Source: a virus (Duplodnaviria; Caudoviricetes). From it: a stretch of DNA of 56,122 bases. How positions within the stretch are numbered: position 1 is the stretch's first letter; every line of letters begins with the position of its first letter. The stretch is from the IMG/VR virus record IMGVR_UViG_3300027763_001745, positions 1-56,122 of that record, one strand, 5' to 3'. The notes beneath the pieces are model-generated. The model was not told where the DNA came from and did not search any database. It saw only the letters and a list, made by a program, of their open reading frames with translations. Positions 47,120-55,468 of this stretch are shown one piece after another. The position numbers and the translations under genes were made by a program.

Positions 47120-47552
47120 GTTCGTAGCTGATTCTACCATGTGTTCTACCTGCATCATCTTGCAAGCGTATTACATCATCTAACTCAGTGGTACTGGTTT
47201 CCATAAACTCCAAATCTGTGGTTGCAATTACTCTATGTACATATCCCGGAGTAACATGAAATACAACACCTTCTTTAAGTTCTATGCGTTCAAATGTATA
47301 TTCATAGGCTTCAACTTGGCGTTCTGTCATGCCTTGTTCTAGGAATTTGGCAATGTCTAATGGTTCTTTGCTACGATGTAACATACCTTCACCGCTTAAA
47401 ACATAGTTAGTTTCTATTTTATGTTCATGCACTTGTAAACTGGTTCTATTGCCAGCTTTAAACAAAATACGTTTACTGGCATAGGGTGTGGTCACCCCAT
47501 CTGCTATCCAAAGTTCGTAGCCCCAATGTTTGTTTACTTTTTTAATTTCCAT
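47112..47552 (-). CDS. Cupin (mannose-6-phosphate isomerase type II-like)
   Basis: KHWGYE, TSLQVH..K.E, PG.VHR, ETST..LDDVIRLQD. Confidence 0.82.
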   Translation of the reverse strand: MEIKKVNKHWGYELWIADGVTTPYASKRILFKAGNRTSLQVHEHKIETNYVLSGEGMLHRSKEPLDIAKFLEQGMTERQVEAYEYTFERIELKEGVVFHVTPGYVHRVIATTDLEFMETSTTELDDVIRLQDDAGRTHGRISYEHD

Positions 47553-48361
47553 TATGTCCATCCATTCTCTTTTAATCTCGCCATGACTATCTCTGCGGCT
47601 TTTTTATGACCCTCTGCGCTGGCATGCCAGCTGGGTAAATCATCCGGATAATCTAAACTTAGTTGTCCCCAACTAAAATCTAATAAGTTTACAATGTCGA
47701 TATACGAACTGTAATACTCCACTTCATGTGTTAGTATAAGATGACGTATGCCTTTATTTTTTAACAATTGATGTACCATAGTCATCATGCCAATGCTGTG
47801 TATTCTGTTAAGTCTAGGCTCATGTATATATTGTGCATAATCATATAATGCTTTGATGCGTCTAATATCTTCCTTTTGAAACTTAAAAAAATAGTCTCCG
47901 CCATTGCGATTTTGTTTTATTATTGTTTCCCAATAGTTGGTTATACCATTTAAGTTTTCGGTAAACATGCCGCCGCGATAATCGGGATCATCGCTCATGG
48001 GGTTGTCTAACTGTATCATATTACCACCTGCGTGATATGTACCATGACCATAGGGAGGATATTGATGATAATTGACATCAGTCAAGTTTATGTATCCAGT
48101 ATGACTAAATTCATAGTCTACGGGAAACCAATCTATACGATCATAACTGGTGGGACTTACTATAACCAAATCTGTATCTAGTTTGTCCACTGCATACTTT
48201 GCTTGTAGGTATATGCTTAGATTGGTGCTAGATCCTTTGGCCAAATTGATCAAAGGTTTGTTTAATTGTTTGCTTAATAAGGAACCATATGGTTCATTAT
48301 CCAAATCATGGCAGCCTATACCGATATTAAAACTGTCACCGCATATTGTTAGTGCTGCCAT
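47552..48361 (-). CDS. SGNH/GDSL-like protein
   Basis: CGDSF, NLA.GSSTN, C-terminal WH.S.EGH. Confidence 0.6.
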   Translation of the reverse strand: MAALTICGDSFNIGIGCHDLDNEPYGSLLSKQLNKPLINLAKGSSTNLSIYLQAKYAVDKLDTDLVIVSPTSYDRIDWFPVDYEFSHTGYINLTDVNYHQYPPYGHGTYHAGGNMIQLDNPMSDDPDYRGGMFTENLNGITNYWETIIKQNRNGGDYFFKFQKEDIRRIKALYDYAQYIHEPRLNRIHSIGMMTMVHQLLKNKGIRHLILTHEVEYYSSYIDIVNLLDFSWGQLSLDYPDDLPSWHASAEGHKKAAEIVMARLKENGWT

Positions 48362-49118
48362 ATGTTTCCTGCCACCATTGTTGTTCTCTTTCTCTTACTG
48401 TGCCAAAACTATGTCCTGGCAATAGCATGCCATTATTAAATAAATCTGTACTGGTATTACGTAGTATGGCAAATTCAAAATATTCGTCTAACGTTTCTTT
48501 TACTTGTATATTGGTTTCATTTAAAAACTTAGCCATCATCGAATGTATTTCCATGTTATCTTGTGTTTCTTGGTAATTCTTTAAATAGTATGCGCCGAAT
48601 TCATTGCCCAATTTAGCCAATGTGGGCAAGTTAACCATTAGTAGTACATCGTTCATTATAGGTAAGTTCCTAATAGCATCTCTAGTAATTCCTATTGTAC
48701 TGTGAATAACATTGTCTTCTGGAACCATATCAAATAAATCATGCAATGGTTTCTTCTTATACAAATAAAGATCCGGACGTAATATAATAATTCGCTTATA
48801 ATTTCTAAATGTCGTATAAGGCAGTATATTATAGTAAGCCAACTTCCATTTGTTAATCATGTTAATACTGCTATGATGCTGTGTATATTCCGGCAATTTA
48901 CTCTGTGTGCATACTGTTACAGTATTAAACTTAACATGACAGTTAGCAGTATCTAAACTCAAATGATCAAAGCTATTACCTACGACATTGTGACTAGGAG
49001 TGTTATACATATTTTGATCCACTACTAGGTAGTAGTCACAGTCGTAGGGAAACTGCCAACTGCCGCTGGCGTTGACCAAGTGTCTTAATGTTCCAGATAC
49101 TATTACTGCTGTTGACAT
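48336..49118 (-). CDS. Putative glycosyltransferase-like protein (SG..R / RPD family)
   Basis: AVIVSGTLR, IILRPDL, ND. Confidence 0.45.
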   Translation of the reverse strand: MSTAVIVSGTLRHLVNASGSWQFPYDCDYYLVVDQNMYNTPSHNVVGNSFDHLSLDTANCHVKFNTVTVCTQSKLPEYTQHHSSINMINKWKLAYYNILPYTTFRNYKRIIILRPDLYLYKKKPLHDLFDMVPEDNVIHSTIGITRDAIRNLPIMNDVLLMVNLPTLAKLGNEFGAYYLKNYQETQDNMEIHSMMAKFLNETNIQVKETLDEYFEFAILRNTSTDLFNNGMLLPGHSFGTVREREQQWWQETYGSTNNMR

Positions 49119-49729
49119 ATATATTCGTATATTATTTCTGCAACTGCCTCATGGCCTTGTTCGTTAAAATGCCAATCTCCCTGTGGATATTTATTAGTAG
49201 TAGGATCTTGCCAATATTCTTTATGTTGATCCATCCAGTCTTTCCAATTGATATGGCCGTCTGCCGCAATAACATTTTTAAGTTCTGCAGTATTTGGACT
49301 AAAATCTACTAGCCAAGTATACACACGATAACCTTGATGCTGTAGTGTTTTAATCTTTTGTCTCCATCTTCTTTCATTAAAGTCATATATGCTATTCCAT
49401 TCATGCATTAGATGTGCTAATTCACTTTGACTGTCATGTTTAACTAGTTCTTCAAAAGTAACACGACTGAAGAAACTTGGACTTATTATTATAACATCAT
49501 CATGAGTCCAGAGCAAGATATCTTCGTCAATTCGGTTGTTTACGTAATTCCAACCTATACCGCTGAGACTTTTTGTCTTACATTCTAAGCCTAACTGTTT
49601 GGCTAAATGTGTTCCCCAATAGTCGTAGCCTTTAAGATTTCTAAATCCTTCAGAATCAAAATCTGCACCGCCTGGTTCAATTTGAAAAGGTTCGCTAAAG
49701 CTACATCCATAAACGTATAACTTATTCAT
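49103..49729 (-). CDS. SGNH/GDSL-like protein
   Basis: YGCSFS, C-terminal DWHFNEQGH; start at 49729. Confidence 0.6.
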   Translation of the reverse strand: MNKLYVYGCSFSEPFQIEPGGADFDSEGFRNLKGYDYWGTHLAKQLGLECKTKSLSGIGWNYVNNRIDEDILLWTHDDVIIISPSFFSRVTFEELVKHDSQSELAHLMHEWNSIYDFNERRWRQKIKTLQHQGYRVYTWLVDFSPNTAELKNVIAADGHINWKDWMDQHKEYWQDPTTNKYPQGDWHFNEQGHEAVAEIIYEYICQQQ

Positions 49730-50571
49730 AACACACCTCTTGCCTGCATGTCTTGCCAAATATAGTCGGCCCACAGAGTATGTGCAAAATGTAAAGGATG
49801 CAGATATTTGCCTGTTGGTAAATCATTCATGTGAACGTGGTGCATAAAACTATCCCTAAAATTTTGTATATTTTTTTGATTTTCATGCCACTCTAACTCT
49901 TTACTAAATTCTTCTGGTACATTGACATCAGTTTTAAACTCGCCGCCTTCCCACCATGGTGGTAATGCGTTAAAGAAAAAATGCTTGATGCCCAAGTTGT
50001 TCAATGTATTGCTCAGCAAAAATACCGAGTTAAAATACGATTTTATTCTTGCATAGTCATTGTACACTAATGCATTGTATTGTTCGTGTAATTGATCCAT
50101 GTGTTTGATATAAACTTCATCGTTTATTTCTAATCGGTCCACTGTGGTGCTAAAAGGTTGTACTAAGTTCCAACGTTGCCATGTGTTTTCAACATATATC
50201 TCGTCTCGTTCGCTGGTAGTCCAACCTATAACTATTAGAGTTTTTTTGTAGTCTGAAGGCGTTAAACTGTAGACATAGTCTAATGTTTTGCGTAGTATAC
50301 GAGTATTGCTGGCTCCACCAATGGCATCATTGAATAAATTTTTTGCACCAGACAGTGTTTTTAATCTACTGGCCCAATTAAAATCGTTATAATGAAGATC
50401 ATATCTGGATACTATTTGATTATTGCTGTCTAGTATATTCCAGTTGTAGTCATCGTCAGCATTTTCTATGTGTAGATTATTGTCAGCAAGATACTGATGA
50501 AACGCTGGGTCTTGTTCCAATTCGTTACCAGCAGTCCAACTGCAACCATTAACATACACCTGTTCGATCAT
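49726..50571 (-). CDS. SGNH/GDSL-like protein
   Basis: NGCSWTAG, GASN.RI.R, IGWT..ER, LHP...H..WA. Confidence 0.6.
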   Translation of the reverse strand: MIEQVYVNGCSWTAGNELEQDPAFHQYLADNNLHIENADDDYNWNILDSNNQIVSRYDLHYNDFNWASRLKTLSGAKNLFNDAIGGASNTRILRKTLDYVYSLTPSDYKKTLIVIGWTTSERDEIYVENTWQRWNLVQPFSTTVDRLEINDEVYIKHMDQLHEQYNALVYNDYARIKSYFNSVFLLSNTLNNLGIKHFFFNALPPWWEGGEFKTDVNVPEEFSKELEWHENQKNIQNFRDSFMHHVHMNDLPTGKYLHPLHFAHTLWADYIWQDMQARGVL

Positions 50572-51503
50572 ATTAACTTATTGTCTTTAATATATCTTGC
50601 CAATTCTTCTGCCCATGCTTCATGAGCATCTGGACTAGGATGCCATCCCCAAAACACTGGATTTATTTCAAGATCCGTCTGTTGTATATAACTCTTAAAT
50701 GTATTCTTTGGTTGATCTTTTCGATAAAAACGCACAGGGTCTACTGAGTCCCATAGAGCAGTATAATCAAACACCATGTTGTCTCTACTGTCGGGGTTAG
50801 TGGTACTTTGATATTGATATCCGTGATTGCGTCCGACCAAGTTTTTTAACTCTGTGCGTACATCTAAGTCCTCCCAATCAGAGGCATGTATAGCATTGGG
50901 TGTTTGATAAAAACTATTAAAGCACATCCATTTAATGCCATGGTTATTACAAAAGTTTTGTAGCTGTATAACATTCAGCACATATCTAGTCATGTATTCT
51001 TCTGGATGCCACAAGTAAGCAATGTACATTTCCCAAAACTTTTCTTGTTCTTTACTGTCAAAGTGTGGCACATTAGGCCACACTCTAAATAGCATACTGA
51101 TGTTTTCATCTTTATACCAAAAACTATTTCGCTCAGGACTCGACCATCCAATCATAACAAATAAATTTTCTGTACTTAGATTGTTCTTGAGATACTTATT
51201 ACTGATGTAGTCTATTGTACGACGTAGTATACTGCCATTATCGTCTGCTGGCCAGCTTAGGTTAGTAATATCTGCATCAAAGTATTTTTGTAAATGATGA
51301 CTAAACACACGTGGGCGTCTATACGCATCATTAGCTTCTTCAAAATCAAAGTATCCTACATAAGTTCCAGGCGGGTGCTGTGCTACAATTTCTGGATCTA
51401 CAATTTCACTACCAAATACCCAGCTGTCGCCATCGCAGATAATTTCTGCACGTGGTTTAGATGTACCATTCAAACCATTTTCTTCTAATTTTGTCATAAT
51501 CAT
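50568..51503 (-). CDS. SGNH/GDSL-like protein (start uncertain)
   Basis: DGDSWVFG, DN.SI.R, IGWSSPER, WHPS..AH..WA. Confidence 0.6.
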   Translation of the reverse strand: MIMTKLEENGLNGTSKPRAEIICDGDSWVFGSEIVDPEIVAQHPPGTYVGYFDFEEANDAYRRPRVFSHHLQKYFDADITNLSWPADDNGSILRRTIDYISNKYLKNNLSTENLFVMIGWSSPERNSFWYKDENISMLFRVWPNVPHFDSKEQEKFWEMYIAYLWHPEEYMTRYVLNVIQLQNFCNNHGIKWMCFNSFYQTPNAIHASDWEDLDVRTELKNLVGRNHGYQYQSTTNPDSRDNMVFDYTALWDSVDPVRFYRKDQPKNTFKSYIQQTDLEINPVFWGWHPSPDAHEAWAEELARYIKDNKLI

Positions 51504-52293
51504 AAATTCCGTCTAAGTTTTCTTCTACTGCTGTACTACGCACTACAGCATATTCGATGTGCCTATTGCCATCGGGGTGTATACCTAAATTAGTAAGATG
51601 CTCATAGAGTAAACATCCAGGACCATAATACATATCAGGTTGTAAATCGATACTGCCATCATTGACTGCTACTAGATCGGCATTGTGTAAATATTTGTAG
51701 GTTGAATACAAATCTCCCAACAAATCCATGACAGGACTTTGAGCATAGAATAGCACATCGTCAAAGTTATTGTAATTAAACTCTGTGGGGAATTTGCTTA
51801 TAGCTGTGGATGTATAAGCAATGCCGGGCCATATTCTAAACAAGGGAAATCTATGTGCAGGATTATATATAGTATCTAATCGTGCCTTAACCACTATGTC
51901 ATATTGAAACTGATTTTTAAGTTCGTGATTTCGCTTCATCAATAGACTCTTGGCTAGACTATAAAACATTGAATCCCAACTCCGTGGGAATTTTTCTGGT
52001 ATCCAGTTTTCCACTTCAATGGTCACAGGCTTGTATACTTCTTTGATGGCAGCACCATCATTATGCCGTTCATTGTGGCTGTGATCATGTCCCGTTTTAG
52101 GATAACGCCAAGTATTAGTATCCCAAGTATGTATAAAATAATCTGTTTGCACAGGAATACCCAACTCTGGATGTGGATATTCATCGTTGTTGAAGAATCT
52201 CTTTATATTACCTGCACTGGCTTGCCAATGACGTGCTTGTCCGCTGAAACAAACTGCTACTCTAAATTTTTTATCGTTGTTATATAAGCTCAT
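51457..52293 (-). CDS. Putative glycosyltransferase-like protein (CFSGQ.R family)
   Basis: AVCFSGQAR, FIHTW, YD.VVK.R.D, DD. Confidence 0.5.
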   Translation of the reverse strand: MSLYNNDKKFRVAVCFSGQARHWQASAGNIKRFFNNDEYPHPELGIPVQTDYFIHTWDTNTWRYPKTGHDHSHNERHNDGAAIKEVYKPVTIEVENWIPEKFPRSWDSMFYSLAKSLLMKRNHELKNQFQYDIVVKARLDTIYNPAHRFPLFRIWPGIAYTSTAISKFPTEFNYNNFDDVLFYAQSPVMDLLGDLYSTYKYLHNADLVAVNDGSIDLQPDMYYGPGCLLYEHLTNLGIHPDGNRHIEYAVVRSTAVEENLDGIYDYDKIRRKWFEWYI

Positions 52294-53152
52294 GGCCGCC
52301 TATTTCTCCACTTAGTCCTGATTGAAGTTTGCGTTCAATATAATCACTTTGACGATATACCTTGGGATCTATTGACAGTCCTTTAACATGCATACGCAAC
52401 ATTTTGGCATAAAAATACAATGCATGTTCAGTGGATGTCATTTCATTGTTAAAGCAACGGCGTCCTAACATTGGTAGCCAGCGATAGAAATCACATATTC
52501 TATCAAAGGTAGGACTGTCAGCATACCAAAATATATCTCCCAGTCTATGAAAAGGAAAGGCGCTTTTATCCTTGGTTGTGTGACAACTGTAAACGGTGTT
52601 GTATCTAGGTAATCGAGCATCAGTATTGGCAGCATTGAAGAACCAGTTAATTTGAGTGTCATCTAAATACAAATCATATCTTATTCTAAAACACATATCA
52701 TAGCGTATACCTTGCTCAAATTCATAGGATTTTTTAAGATGTGCGGCATACATCACAGCATAAAACTGACTACCAGCCCATTCGATGGCAGATTCACCAT
52801 ATTCGTTTATATTATGTGTATTGAGTTCAAAGACTTCTTCGGGCTTTGTTCTACTTACTTGTTCATTTTCAATAATATATCTTGTAGGCTTTAGTGCCAA
52901 TAGAAAATTATTTTTTTCTTCTTCACTGATTGGTATGCCACAGACACGTCTATAGTCAAATGTCTTATCATTGTTATTGACTATAGGACTGGACATAACA
53001 GCATGAGGAGGTGTGTTGAAATCCCATATGTGAGCAAACACATCAACATCAGCTTTAAAATGTGTTGCCAGTCGTTGTTTGAATTTTTCCCATTGTGGTT
53101 GACATTTATCCCACGTGCGCGGTTGTCCGCTAAAACACAAAGCTATTTTCAT
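52280..53152 (-). CDS. Putative glycosyltransferase-like protein (CFSGQ.R family)
   Basis: MKIALCFSGQPR, FAHIW, YD...R.RYD; TAAATA-N5-ATG start. Confidence 0.5.
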   Translation of the reverse strand: MKIALCFSGQPRTWDKCQPQWEKFKQRLATHFKADVDVFAHIWDFNTPPHAVMSSPIVNNNDKTFDYRRVCGIPISEEEKNNFLLALKPTRYIIENEQVSRTKPEEVFELNTHNINEYGESAIEWAGSQFYAVMYAAHLKKSYEFEQGIRYDMCFRIRYDLYLDDTQINWFFNAANTDARLPRYNTVYSCHTTKDKSAFPFHRLGDIFWYADSPTFDRICDFYRWLPMLGRRCFNNEMTSTEHALYFYAKMLRMHVKGLSIDPKVYRQSDYIERKLQSGLSGEIGGHELI

Positions 53153-53175
53153 AAAAATATTTATTTTTTAACTTC

Positions 53176-53949
53176 TTAGTTAACTAGTAGTTTAACATCA
53201 AATACACTGATGTGTCTATTCAAATGGTAATTTCGATAGATAAAAATACTATTATTTTTCATTGAACGAACTGAAATATTATGATTACTCAAATGTAAAC
53301 GCATGTGTTGTTGCCAATCAATGATATTATGTTCATTACTACCGGATCTAACCGGTCCAAGGTCAGCCATAATATCTGCGTTGGCACTATTAGCAATCCA
53401 AAATATATCTTCTACGGCATCTGGTAAACGATTGGTAGGATCACTCACATACACGTGATCTAATTTATTGGCTATGTAATTTAGTTCGTCAATAAATCTA
53501 TGTTGATATTCAAAGACTTGATCAAATCTCATTTTAACTACTAATTTGTATTGCGATCCCAGACGTTGTTCATAGTCATATTTTAATTTATTTGATTCGT
53601 AGAGTGTTTGCAACATGGGAATACTGCTGTGGCAAAAACCATATCGATCCAGTATCATTTGTTGGTATTGACTTTGATACAAGTCAAGCTCGTCTACTTT
53701 CATTGATTTTGGTTTATAGAAATCAGTGATTTGATCTATTTTTTCTTGACCAAAACGATGCAAGACATTGGGGTCTTCTCCAGGATCTTTTGGACCCCAT
53801 GCACTAACAGATTCAGTAGTCCAAGTATGTATAAAGAAATCAATGTTGGGCCACATGCTGCCAAAAAAATGTTTAATTGCCGGAGCAACTGCAACACCTG
53901 TTCTTATTTGGCCGCTGATACAAACAGCAATTCTATCTCCAAGACTCAT
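53176..53949 (-). CDS. Putative glycosyltransferase-like protein (CISGQ.R family)
   Basis: AVCISGQIR, FIHTW, VVKMRFD; start 53949. Confidence 0.5.
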   Translation of the reverse strand: MSLGDRIAVCISGQIRTGVAVAPAIKHFFGSMWPNIDFFIHTWTTESVSAWGPKDPGEDPNVLHRFGQEKIDQITDFYKPKSMKVDELDLYQSQYQQMILDRYGFCHSSIPMLQTLYESNKLKYDYEQRLGSQYKLVVKMRFDQVFEYQHRFIDELNYIANKLDHVYVSDPTNRLPDAVEDIFWIANSANADIMADLGPVRSGSNEHNIIDWQQHMRLHLSNHNISVRSMKNNSIFIYRNYHLNRHISVFDVKLLVN

Positions 53950-55309
53950 ACAGTTCTTTAAACTCTGGGAATGTTTTAATAAAATCAGTTCCTCGTCGAC
54001 GATCATGCTCGTTGACAAATGCTACAAAATCCCGTCTCAATCTAGTAATATCTTTGTCATCTTTTTTGTTAACTACTATTTCGTATATGCGTTTGAACTT
54101 ATCTGCTTCCCAATCAAAGAATCCTCGTTGTTTAGGACCTTGGTCTAAATTAGCATACATAAAATCAACTTGACTCTTAATCTGTTCTGCCCATGAGTTA
54201 GGCAATATAAACACTGCTTGATGAGCAGGGTAACGGAGATATGGTATGTCAACAATCAGCGGGCTAGTATCTCTAGTACCAAATTCTTTTTTGATAGACA
54301 ACATGTCTTCTAAAAACTTAGTGTAACCTGGAACGCTCATGGCATTGTATGTACTCATGATAGTAAAAGTTGCTTTAGGCACTTCTGTTAATACTCTACG
54401 TATATTAGCAATCCATTGATTGTAGTCAAGTCCATTGCGTATATATTCTGCTTGACTACCATATGTATCAGCACTGGTAAAAATTTTAAACTTGGCTACT
54501 TTCTTTTCTTCTGTGATGATTTTTATTTTTTCAATGAATTTAGAAAGTAAACTATCAGGCACACACATGTTACTGTTGATACTAAAATCAATATTTGGAT
54601 TTGGATTTTCTATCATATAATCCAAGGCTTTGAATGTATCTTTAGTTAATAAAGGCTCGCCGCCAGTGATTCTAAAATGTTTAAGATTGGGATAAACTTC
54701 TGGCCACCAACGCCAAAATGCTTCAACATAGGGATTATATTGATTATGTGGGATAGGCATTTGATCCGTGGCCTTAAACCATTCTATGTTATTAAACTGT
54801 GTGCTGGTAGGATATGCTCCATGCTGTTGTATTTCTTCCATCCAAGCACTGCTGATTTGTGGACTACAATAACTACATTTGAAATTACATACACTACTAA
54901 AGCTGACTTCTAAATAACTGGGATTGACATCTTCGTCGCCTGTGAATTTTTTAATTTCTTCTAAGTAAGGTTGTGCCCATGTTTGATCGTAGCTTTTATA
55001 AATCCTATCACTGATATTACTGTCACTACTATCTTCAACACGCCAGCAATAGTCACATTCTTCAGGACGTTTTCCTGTTAGCATCATTTTGCGCTGAGAT
55101 TTTTTAAAATTAGTATTGTGCAATGCGCTGGGATTGACTACTAATTCGTTTAAAGGAATTTTATGTGTAGTAGGATGATGACAACTATGATTATGCCCAG
55201 TTTGTAAATGTAGTGTTACTTGTTTCCATTTTGCAATGCAGAAACTAGGACTGACTGCATTGATTTTATTTTTGTATTCTTGAATTGGGTTTGAAGTAGG
55301 ATCTGACAT
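53933..55309 (-). CDS. Radical SAM enzyme (C..KW..SCHH subtype)
   Basis: FCIAKW..HSCHH, CDYC, CNFKCSYC, TGGEP. Confidence 0.9.
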   Translation of the reverse strand: MSDPTSNPIQEYKNKINAVSPSFCIAKWKQVTLHLQTGHNHSCHHPTTHKIPLNELVVNPSALHNTNFKKSQRKMMLTGKRPEECDYCWRVEDSSDSNISDRIYKSYDQTWAQPYLEEIKKFTGDEDVNPSYLEVSFSSVCNFKCSYCSPQISSAWMEEIQQHGAYPTSTQFNNIEWFKATDQMPIPHNQYNPYVEAFWRWWPEVYPNLKHFRITGGEPLLTKDTFKALDYMIENPNPNIDFSINSNMCVPDSLLSKFIEKIKIITEEKKVAKFKIFTSADTYGSQAEYIRNGLDYNQWIANIRRVLTEVPKATFTIMSTYNAMSVPGYTKFLEDMLSIKKEFGTRDTSPLIVDIPYLRYPAHQAVFILPNSWAEQIKSQVDFMYANLDQGPKQRGFFDWEADKFKRIYEIVVNKKDDKDITRLRRDFVAFVNEHDRRRGTDFIKTFPEFKELYESWR

Positions 55310-55330
55310 TATTGATTTTTAATCGGTTAT

Positions 55331-55357
55331 AAACTCATCCAATAAATGGATGAGTTT
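55331..55357. other. 11-bp stem-loop in the leader of the first island gene
   Basis: AAACTCATCCA-ATAAA-TGGATGAGTTT; a - strand TAAATA lies upstream at about 55397-55402. Confidence 0.55.
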
Positions 55358-55468
55358 TGGTTATCGTAAAACTTAGCAGAAGCGTTGTACACTACTTATT
55401 TAGTTAAGTGGTATGTTTATTCTCACTAGATTAAAATGATAAATTTATACAGATTAATCTAAATTATC

